Positions 52,013-59,469 of a stretch of DNA of 64,000 bases are shown piece by piece. The notes beneath the pieces were generated by a model. That model saw nothing but the letters and a program-made list of their open reading frames with translations, did not search any database and had not been told where the DNA came from. The position numbers were made by a program, and so were the translations under genes. The first letter of the stretch is position 1; every line of letters begins with the position of its first letter. The stretch is taken from sequence record NC_061448.1. One strand, 5' to 3'.

Positions 52013-52567
52013 ATGGCTAAAGTAACTAAAGGCACTTCACTGGCACCTACCCTGGCTTCTCGCATCGCTAAAAAATCTGGTTCCATCAGCACCTCTAAAG
52101 TGAAGCCTGCTGACCTGCCGCACGACATCCTGATCGAAACAGTTCAGGCTGTTGAGCTGATTGGTTTCATTACTGACCGTACTGAAAACAGCGTTACCAT
52201 TCGTCACAAACGTGGACACGGTTCTTCTGCTCAGATCGTTTCTACTTTCGGTCCTAACCAAATCCTGTCTGTGCTGGGCGAAGCCGGTTCTCACGGTAGC
52301 GTAATCGCAAACATCAGCGCTCCGGTGCGTGAGTACAAAGGCTTCACCGTTAAGTACGTTGGCAACTTCATCCACGCGACCTCTGTTGAAACCGGCGAAG
52401 TCGTTCACATCAACACCGCGCTGCCTGGTTACAACGTTCGCCCGACCGTGAACGAAACTGCTGCTGCTAAAAAGTACGGTACTGCCGCGCCTGTGAAAGC
52501 AAAGAAAGCTGACAAAGGCGATAAAGGCGCTAAGCCTGCCAAACTGGTTAAGAAAGCAAAAAAGTAA
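52013..52567 (+). CDS. Beta-rich protein with basic K/A tails at both ends (184 aa)
   Basis: SD GGAG; strong codon bias; KKYGTAAPVKAKKADKGDKGAKPAKLVKKAKK. Confidence 0.9.
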   Translation: MAKVTKGTSLAPTLASRIAKKSGSISTSKVKPADLPHDILIETVQAVELIGFITDRTENSVTIRHKRGHGSSAQIVSTFGPNQILSVLGEAGSHGSVIANISAPVREYKGFTVKYVGNFIHATSVETGEVVHINTALPGYNVRPTVNETAAAKKYGTAAPVKAKKADKGDKGAKPAKLVKKAKK

Positions 52568-52599
52568 TAAAGTCTGACGAAGACTTTTAACTGAACTTT

Positions 52600-52681
52600 C
52601 GAAATCTGTAAACATTAAGTATGCAGCGAGATAAAATGTTCTCGCTGCCTGTCTCTCGAAATCTGTAAATCTTAATTGAAG
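52600..52681 (+). promoter_or_regulatory. Two CGAAATCTGTAAA motifs flanking a 9-bp hairpin
   Basis: CGAAATCTGTAAACATTAAG (52600) and CGAAATCTGTAAATCTTAATTGAAG (52657); GCAGCGAGA/TCTCGCTGC. Confidence 0.65.
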
Positions 52682-52716
52682 CAACATCGCTTCTAATCAA
52701 ACAGGAAAAACAAATC

Positions 52717-53514
52717 ATGGCTAAAGCTGCTAAAGCAACCGTTAACACCGCAACTAAAGTTCTGGCTCAGATGCTGGGTGTTGTAGTAGAAAACGCGACC
52801 GACAAAGAAATCGCTGCGCTGCTCACTTCTGTCGGCCTGACAGTTTCCGGTGGTAAAGTTGTTAAAGCTGATAAAGCTGCGAAAGGCGGTAAGAAAGCGA
52901 AACCTGCTACCGTCGCGCAAATCGTCAAAGCGATCAAAGACGAAGAAGCAATCGACCTGGCCGGCGTAAGCGAAGACGACCTGCGCGAAGCGGTTGTCAA
53001 AGCTAAACTGTCTACCGCCAAGAAAGCCAAGGCGCTGGACGAAGAAGAACTGCTGGAGCTGATTACTGATCAGTTCGGCGGTGAAGAAGAGTCCGACGAG
53101 GACGAAGAGGAAGACGAAGACGAGGACGAAGAGTCCGACGACGAAGATGAAGACGGCGACGACGAAGACGACGAAGACGACGACTCTGATGATGAAGAAG
53201 AGGACGAAGACGACGAAGACGAAGACGGCGACGATGAAGACGGCGACGATGAAGACGAGGACGACGAAGACGAAGATGAAGACGAGGATGAAGATGAAGA
53301 TCTCGACCTCGATTCACTCGACGAAGACGAACTCCGCGCCCTGGTAATCGAACACAAGCTGGCCTCTGCCAAGAAAGCGAAAAAGATGGACGAAGATGAA
53401 CTGCGCGAACTCTGCGAAGAACACTTCGGCGGCGAAGATGACGAAGACGACGAAGAAGAAGATGAAGACGACGAAGACTTCGACGATGAAGACGAAGACG
53501 AAGACGACGAGTAA
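52717..53514 (+). CDS. Polyacidic protein (265 aa): basic N-region, HeH repeat, about 70-residue D/E tract, second HeH repeat, acidic tail
   Basis: LAGVSEDDLREAVVKAKL.TAKKAK.LDEEELLEL / LDSLDEDELRALVIEHKL.SAKKAK.MDEDELREL. Confidence 0.9.
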   Translation: MAKAAKATVNTATKVLAQMLGVVVENATDKEIAALLTSVGLTVSGGKVVKADKAAKGGKKAKPATVAQIVKAIKDEEAIDLAGVSEDDLREAVVKAKLSTAKKAKALDEEELLELITDQFGGEEESDEDEEEDEDEDEESDDEDEDGDDEDDEDDDSDDEEEDEDDEDEDGDDEDGDDEDEDDEDEDEDEDEDEDLDLDSLDEDELRALVIEHKLASAKKAKKMDEDELRELCEEHFGGEDDEDDEEEDEDDEDFDDEDEDEDDE

Positions 53515-53565
53515 TAACTTCTGATCCGGCGCGCCCCTCTAGTTCTGAGTGAATGAGCGAGGGGC

Positions 53566-53645
53566 AAATATTCGAGAAAACTTTTCGAATATTTTTGTAA
53601 AAAGTTTCAAAATTTCTTGCAGACGTATGTTGAATATAATAATGT
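53566..53645 (+). promoter_or_regulatory. AT-rich promoter region with palindrome upstream of the H1-like gene
   Basis: AAATATTCGA...TCGAATATTT inverted repeat; TATAAT at 53635. Confidence 0.55.
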
Positions 53646-53732
53646 ACGTCTACAGGAAATCAAACCCTGAACAAATTTATCTTTTCATCCAGCGGTGAAA
53701 ACGCCGCATCAAATATAAAGTAAGGATATATC

Positions 53733-54260
53733 ATGTCTAAGAAAATCATCAGCGGCCTGAACAAAGAAATCAAAGCCCTGGACAAATCTGAAAAAGCTCT
53801 GGTTAAAACTGCTGCCGGTCTGAACAAAGAAGCCGAAGCGATTGCTGCACGTCGCGAAGGCCTGGCTGCTCAGGTTGAAGCTCTGGCTAACGGCGGCGAA
53901 GCTGCTCCGGCTAAAGCTAAGAAAGAGAAAGCGGCTAAGCCTGCTAAAGCAGAGAAAAAAGCGAAAGCTGAAAAGCCTGCTAAAGCTGAAAAAGCTGGCA
54001 AGAAAGCTAAAGCAGAAAAACCTGCTAAAGCTGAGAAAGCCGCTAAAGGCGAAAAGAAAGCGAAAGCTGAAAAGCCTGCTAAAGCAGACAAAAAAGCGAA
54101 AGCTGAAAAGCCGGCCAAAGCTGATAAAAAAGCTAAAGCTGAAAAAACCGCTAAGCCTGCTAAAGCAGACAAAGCCGCCAAGAAAGTGAAAGGCGACAAG
54201 AAAGCCAAAGCTGGCAAGCAGAAGAAAGAGTCCGAAGACTTCGACTTCGAAATGGAATAA
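53733..54260 (+). CDS. Histone H1-like (K/A/P repeat) nucleoid protein, 175 aa
   Basis: N-terminal coiled coil, then about six KAKAEKPAKA(E/D)K repeats, acidic end ESEDFDFEME; compositionally like Hc1/Hc2/AlgP. Confidence 0.85.
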   Translation: MSKKIISGLNKEIKALDKSEKALVKTAAGLNKEAEAIAARREGLAAQVEALANGGEAAPAKAKKEKAAKPAKAEKKAKAEKPAKAEKAGKKAKAEKPAKAEKAAKGEKKAKAEKPAKADKKAKAEKPAKADKKAKAEKTAKPAKADKAAKKVKGDKKAKAGKQKKESEDFDFEME

Positions 54261-54293
54261 GCAAGTAATCGCGCACTAGCGGTCACTTGATCG

Positions 54294-54325
54294 AAAGGGC
54301 AGCGCTGACGAGCGTTTGCCCTTTT
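54294..54325 (+). terminator. Rho-independent terminator
   Basis: AAAGGGCAG-CGCT-GACG-AGCG-TTTGCCCTTT-T. Confidence 0.8.
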
Positions 54326-54358
54326 GTCATATCTACACGACTTTTTGAGGTATTCCCA

Positions 54359-54853
54359 ATGTCTGCCGAACATCTGCTTAACGACGACCTGCCTGACGAT
54401 ACTCGCCCGCTCAGACCCGCCCCGGAATCTGCTAAACCTACCTACTACGACTTGATGACGCTACGCTTAGAAGCTGGTGCTCGTCTTGCCCGTGCTATCA
54501 AAACATTGCGTGATGCTAACGTTCTCCCTACGTCAGGTAACGGTTCTACACTTCTCACTGCCGCTCTCGAAGTAGCCGAACGTTACTTCGCTGATATTTG
54601 CATGGGGCTCGTACCAGTTCGTGAAGGTACCGACGTATGCACAATCAAGATGCGTGAAGACCTTCCTGCGTGTGTCGAAGCGTTTCGTATTGTCGTTATG
54701 GAACATGCTCAACGTGAAGCACTGGAGCGTGAGTGTCGAAACATGATCGCTGATGGTAACGGCTTCAAACTTCTCACTCAGCCTCAAGTGCTGCATCTCG
54801 AAAACAAACACGTCTGCGATGGAGGTTGCAGTCATGGCTCAGAAACTCTCTGA
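54359..54853 (+). CDS. Hypothetical protein (164 aa)
   Basis: SD GAGGT. Confidence 0.75.
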   Translation: MSAEHLLNDDLPDDTRPLRPAPESAKPTYYDLMTLRLEAGARLARAIKTLRDANVLPTSGNGSTLLTAALEVAERYFADICMGLVPVREGTDVCTIKMREDLPACVEAFRIVVMEHAQREALERECRNMIADGNGFKLLTQPQVLHLENKHVCDGGCSHGSETL

Positions 54854-55577
54854 ACAAATCAACCGCTATTTCAATCTCATGGAATCAATCCGTGAGCAAC
54901 TGTACCGCGTTCTGCCTGTATCTGATCGCTATATGTGCATCGTCAGTTTCAGCACCCAACTACAGGCTCTCCAGTGTGTGCTGGTAAACAAAGAGTCGCT
55001 GATGGAAGCGAAGCTCATTGAAGGTCTGACTGGCGCCGAGCTTACTCTGTATGGTCAGTATCTGCAAACTGCCGAACAGTGGGTTGCTGGTGGTATGCAA
55101 TCTGATTATCCGTTCACTCAAGACAAGGATGTGTATGCAGAGTACCGCAGCCTGACGCGCGACGAGCAAATGCCTGTGCCTGAAATGGAAGAGGACGACG
55201 AAGACCTCGACGAGCAAGAGCTAGATAATCTGCGCACCGCAATTCTCTGTGCTGACAAGCCGACTCTGATGCAGATGTTTGCAGACGAAGGCTTAGGTAC
55301 AAAGGGTAGAGCCGCAGATATGGATGCTGGCGAATTGCAGGATGTTCTGTGCGAACACTATGGTCTCAACCCTGACGTCGATGTGAAATTGGTTGATGTT
55401 GCTGGCGAACTGGTTAAGCGTTTCGAGAACATGCCGAAGCACAAGCGCCGTGCAGCACTACAACATCTGCCTCTGGACGAGATGCACATTCTCGCTGATG
55501 CGTGGTGTATTGAGAAAGCGCCTCATGAAAGCACTATGCGAGCGCTGATTAGCGATCATATACGTCGTCGTACTTAA
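54834..55577 (+). CDS. Hypothetical protein with HeH-like modules (247 aa)
   Basis: SD GGAGG; DKPTLMQMFADEGL...MDAGELQDVLCEHYG. Confidence 0.8.
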   Translation: MAQKLSEQINRYFNLMESIREQLYRVLPVSDRYMCIVSFSTQLQALQCVLVNKESLMEAKLIEGLTGAELTLYGQYLQTAEQWVAGGMQSDYPFTQDKDVYAEYRSLTRDEQMPVPEMEEDDEDLDEQELDNLRTAILCADKPTLMQMFADEGLGTKGRAADMDAGELQDVLCEHYGLNPDVDVKLVDVAGELVKRFENMPKHKRRAALQHLPLDEMHILADAWCIEKAPHESTMRALISDHIRRRT

Positions 55578-55587
55578 CTCAAACTCT

Positions 55588-55640
55588 GCATATTGTTGGA
55601 CAGAATGAGGGTAGCGTCTAATACTTTAGTATGATATAAT
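55588..55640 (+). promoter_or_regulatory. Conserved phage promoter variant upstream of the topoisomerase operon
   Basis: TTGGACAGAAT; 32 nt; TG-A-TATAAT. Confidence 0.75.
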
Positions 55641-55711
55641 AGCGTAAGACAAGTAGTGTCTGAACTTGCTAATATCGAGTAGTAACGCTACTCATTTAGG
55701 AGAATACCAAA

Positions 55712-57739
55712 ATGGCCAAAGCGCCTAAAGCCGCCAAAGTTAAAAAGCAAACGGGTGACGGTTCTCAAGAAGGCTTCGTAATTGCAGAAGGCCTTGACGG
55801 AATCCGAATGAACCCGGGTATGTACTTAGGTCAACGCGGTGCCGATATGGCTTATCGCGGAGTTAAGGAACCTGTCGATAACGTTTACGACGAACACATT
55901 GCAGGTCGAAACAAAGTTCTGGAAGTTGTGATTGATTACGACAACGACCTGAACGTTGTAGCCGATATGGCGAAAGGCATTCCGACCGACTTCAAGAAAT
56001 TGAAAGACGGTTCGAAAGAAACGATCATGACCGCAGCGTTTAGCCGTGTTCACGCTGGTGGTAAGTTTAACGATCAGGCATACAAGACTTCTGCCGGTAC
56101 TCACGGTGTAGGTGTTGCTGCACTGAACGCCGTGTCCAGTCAGTTGCGTGTTTGGTCGATGTATAAGGGCGCTTGCTCTTATCAGATGTGGCAGTGTGGT
56201 GTTGCGAAGTCCGGCAAAGACCCGAAGAAAGTCAAGTCTGTTGACAAAGACGTAATGAGCCTGCTGCGCGAAAAGAAAGCGAGCAAGTACGGTACGATTG
56301 TTGCGTGGACGCTCGACCAGACTGTTGTGTCTGCTGACGTTATGCGCGGCAAGAAGCTGCCTAAAGGTTATCGTCACGCTGCGCCTGACCCTGCTCAACT
56401 CGGTACGTGGCTGCGCAACATGTCGCTGCTTAACCCGGGATTCGAAGTACGCCTGACTCTTATCAAGAAAGGCAAGCGCAAAGAGTTCACTTTCCATAAC
56501 AAGAAAGATCTCGCGCACGTTGTTAAGACGATGGTTGAAGAACGCGAACTTGGTTCAGTTGGCAAGCCGTTCATCTTCAAGAACGACAACATCACCGCTG
56601 CGCTGACGTGGACAGATCATGCCGACACTGACAACTTCCTCAGTTTCGTTAACACCAGCCCGACAATCGACGGCGGGTGGCACGTTGTAGGTTTCCGTGA
56701 CGCGCTGTTCGAAGCAATCAAACCTTTCATGAAAGAACCGAAAGGCAAAGGCAAGAAGAAGCAGAACTTCAAACAAGAAGACTTGCTTATCGGCCTGACT
56801 GGTATGTTCGACTGGCGTATGCACGGTGCTCAGTATACCTCGCAGGTTAAAGACAAGCTGGCGAGCCGCGTCGAAAAAGAAGTATACGAAATGCTGAAAG
56901 ACGCTTTCGTGAAATACTTCAACGACAATAAGAAAGTCGCAACGACGATTATCAAACGCGCCGAAGCGATGAACAAGGGACGTGAAGAACTCAGTGCTGT
57001 CGTGAAGTCTATGGCTGACACGAAGAAGAAGCTGAAAGGCAATTCACTCCCTGCTGACCTGATCTCTGCGCTCAAGTGTAAGCCGCATGAGCGTGAGCTT
57101 ATCGTTGTAGAAGGTGACTCTGCTGGTGGTACTGCGAAACACGCACGTAACCCTGACTATCAGGAAGTTATGCTTGCTGGTGGTAAGCCGCTTAACGGTC
57201 TGAAAGCAAGTCTCGCTGACGTACTCAAGCACAAAGAAGTGCAGGGCATGTTAGTGTCTGTGGGTGCTGACCTGAAATCGTTAGACCCGAAAGCAGAAGC
57301 GCCGAAGCTGAGTACGAAGAATCTGCGTATCGGCAACCTGCTGTTCCTGATGGATGCTGACCCCGACGGCTTCCACATCGCAACGTTGTTCCTCGGCGTT
57401 ATCTATCGTCTGCTGCCTGATCTGATGAAAGAGGGTCGCGTGTGGATCGTAGATGCCCCGCTGTATAACGTGATGCACAAAGGCATTCACTACGGTGGCA
57501 TGACGTTTGAAGAATGCCGAGCGAAAGCACCGTCTGCTGTAAAAGATAAAGAAATCGTTCGTGCAAAAGGTTGGGGTGAAGTTGAACCTGACGTGCTCGA
57601 AGCGATCTCATTCAATCCGAAGACTCGTCGCTTGATTCGCGTGAACCCGTTCACTAGCGTTGAGCAAGAACGTTTCTTCCGTGGTGTGCTGGCAGAAGAT
57701 GCTGTCCATCGTCGTCGTCTGCTGGGTCTGGAGGAATAA
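55712..57739 (+). CDS. gyrB: Type IIA topoisomerase ATPase/TOPRIM subunit (GyrB/ParE-like)
   Basis: IRMNPGMY, EPVDN, HAGGKF, GTHGVG, VVEGDSAGG, MDADPDG. Confidence 0.92.
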   Translation: MAKAPKAAKVKKQTGDGSQEGFVIAEGLDGIRMNPGMYLGQRGADMAYRGVKEPVDNVYDEHIAGRNKVLEVVIDYDNDLNVVADMAKGIPTDFKKLKDGSKETIMTAAFSRVHAGGKFNDQAYKTSAGTHGVGVAALNAVSSQLRVWSMYKGACSYQMWQCGVAKSGKDPKKVKSVDKDVMSLLREKKASKYGTIVAWTLDQTVVSADVMRGKKLPKGYRHAAPDPAQLGTWLRNMSLLNPGFEVRLTLIKKGKRKEFTFHNKKDLAHVVKTMVEERELGSVGKPFIFKNDNITAALTWTDHADTDNFLSFVNTSPTIDGGWHVVGFRDALFEAIKPFMKEPKGKGKKKQNFKQEDLLIGLTGMFDWRMHGAQYTSQVKDKLASRVEKEVYEMLKDAFVKYFNDNKKVATTIIKRAEAMNKGREELSAVVKSMADTKKKLKGNSLPADLISALKCKPHERELIVVEGDSAGGTAKHARNPDYQEVMLAGGKPLNGLKASLADVLKHKEVQGMLVSVGADLKSLDPKAEAPKLSTKNLRIGNLLFLMDADPDGFHIATLFLGVIYRLLPDLMKEGRVWIVDAPLYNVMHKGIHYGGMTFEECRAKAPSAVKDKEIVRAKGWGEVEPDVLEAISFNPKTRRLIRVNPFTSVEQERFFRGVLAEDAVHRRRLLGLEE

Positions 57740-57740
57740 C

Positions 57741-59390
57741 ATGGCAGTTAAGCCGAAGAAAGTTAAAGTCGTTAAGAAAGCGACTGCGGTAGCGAAGCCT
57801 GCAAAGGTTAAGTTGAAATCGAAAGCTGTTGCTGTCGATGATATGCCGAAGAAGAAAAAGAAGAAAGGCGAAGTAGCAGAAACGAGTACAGGCACTTCGC
57901 TGTACCCGATGCTTGGTCAAGACGAGTCGCTCATTCGTGACGAGAACCTCGCTGACTATACACGACGCGCTCTCTTCCAGTACGGTTCATACGTTGTTGA
58001 AGACCGTGCTATCGCTGACTACCGTGACGGCCTCAAGCCTGTGCACCGTGCGTTACTCTGGTCACTGTCTGACTTGGGGTTACGCCCAGGCGGTGCGTTC
58101 AAGAAAGCTGCACGTACTGTTGGTGATGCGTTAGGTAAGTATCACCCACACGGTGACGCTGCTTGTTACGGTGCGATGGTAACGATTGCAAACACAGTGC
58201 CTCCTGCTGTAGCTGGTCAAGGTAACTGGGGTGACCCGGTAGCACCTGCCGCTGCGATGCGTTACACCGAAGCGAAAATGAGTAAGTTCGCGGGTAGCTT
58301 CTTGCTTGACCCTGACTATCTCGAAGTAACGCCGATGGTAGACAACTTCTCGAACGATATGAAGTTGCCTCTGTACCTGCCCGCGCTATTACCGTACATG
58401 TTGTTCAACGGTAGTGTGCCGGCGCCAGCTTACGGTGTGAAGTGCGGTAACCCATCGTTCAGCTTTACGTCAGTTGCGAAAGTCGTGTGTGATATGCTCA
58501 ACGGCAAAGAGTACAGCGCGAAGAAGCTCGCTGACACGCTCAAAGTCAATCATGAGTATGGCTGTCTCGACGTAAGCTCTGATGAAGACTTCCTCACGCT
58601 CATGTCTACTGGGCGCGGCAAAGTCACATACGAACCGCAGATGAAGATCGACGAGAAGACGAAGACGATCACGATTCAAACGTATGTGCCGGGCGGTATG
58701 TCGAACAACGCAACCATCACCAAGAAGCTGGAGAAGATTGCAGAGTGGCAGGGTGTCGTGTCTGCATCAAACGCCAGCTCGAAGAAGAACAAAGACGCGG
58801 GGCCATGGGGCGCAGCGTTTGCGATTAAGTGTCGTGGTAGCGAAGACCAGTTGTATGAGATTGCAACCAAAGTGCAGCGTGAAGTTACCTCCGCGATTAA
58901 CTACTCGCTGGGTGTGACAGTTCGCCGTGCTGATGCCTCGAACAAGTTCATGTACCTGTCATACGTGAACTACTTCAAAGCGTGGGTTGCGTATCGCATT
59001 AAGCTGGAAGTTGCGATGCTCAAGAACAAGATGGCCAAAGCAGAGAAAGCATTACATCTGCAAGAGGTATACTTGTGGGCAGTAGACAACATGGACAAGC
59101 TGCTTAAAGCTCTGCCTAAAGCGCTGGTGGCAAGTGACCCTGACGCAACGCTTGCGAAGCTGTGCAAGATTCCTGTTGACGACGCGAAGATCATTCTCGA
59201 CCGTCAAGTGCGTAAGCTCGCTAAACTTGAACGTGCAGGACTCGTCGCCAAGATTAAAGAAATCAAGGCGGAGATTGCAGAGTATAAAGCTGGTCTGAAA
59301 GAGCCTGGAAAATATGCCGCAAATGGCACTGCTGCAAAAGTTAAGGCTTATCTCAAATCACCAGATGATAAACTTCCTGTAGGTCTATGA
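57741..59390 (+). CDS. gyrA: Type IIA topoisomerase breakage-reunion subunit (GyrA/ParC-like, 549 aa, no C-terminal beta-propeller)
   Basis: RDGLKPVHR, KKAARTVG, KYHPHGD, AAAMRYTE; long K-rich N-extension. Confidence 0.92.
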   Translation: MAVKPKKVKVVKKATAVAKPAKVKLKSKAVAVDDMPKKKKKKGEVAETSTGTSLYPMLGQDESLIRDENLADYTRRALFQYGSYVVEDRAIADYRDGLKPVHRALLWSLSDLGLRPGGAFKKAARTVGDALGKYHPHGDAACYGAMVTIANTVPPAVAGQGNWGDPVAPAAAMRYTEAKMSKFAGSFLLDPDYLEVTPMVDNFSNDMKLPLYLPALLPYMLFNGSVPAPAYGVKCGNPSFSFTSVAKVVCDMLNGKEYSAKKLADTLKVNHEYGCLDVSSDEDFLTLMSTGRGKVTYEPQMKIDEKTKTITIQTYVPGGMSNNATITKKLEKIAEWQGVVSASNASSKKNKDAGPWGAAFAIKCRGSEDQLYEIATKVQREVTSAINYSLGVTVRRADASNKFMYLSYVNYFKAWVAYRIKLEVAMLKNKMAKAEKALHLQEVYLWAVDNMDKLLKALPKALVASDPDATLAKLCKIPVDDAKIILDRQVRKLAKLERAGLVAKIKEIKAEIAEYKAGLKEPGKYAANGTAAKVKAYLKSPDDKLPVGL

Positions 59391-59391
59391 T

Positions 59392-59403
59392 AAATCTGTA
59401 AAT
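59392..59403 (+). promoter_or_regulatory. AATCTGTAAA motif
   Basis: TAAATCTGTAAATAC just after the gyrA stop. Confidence 0.5.
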
Positions 59404-59411
59404 ACAAGTCA

Positions 59412-59463
59412 GCATATTCTTGGACGAAATGCGGTTGTGTTTGAAAGCAGATTATGATATAAT
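59412..59463 (+). promoter_or_regulatory. Conserved phage promoter variant
   Basis: TTGGACGAAAT; 31 nt; TG-A-TATAAT. Confidence 0.7.
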
Positions 59464-59469
59464 GATCTA

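Noticed and set aside
53080-53300. GAC/GAA/GAT tandem runs as contingency microsatellites
   Set aside because: They are mixed-codon, in-frame encodings of D/E tracts rather than a pure repeat unit, so selection is at the protein level.
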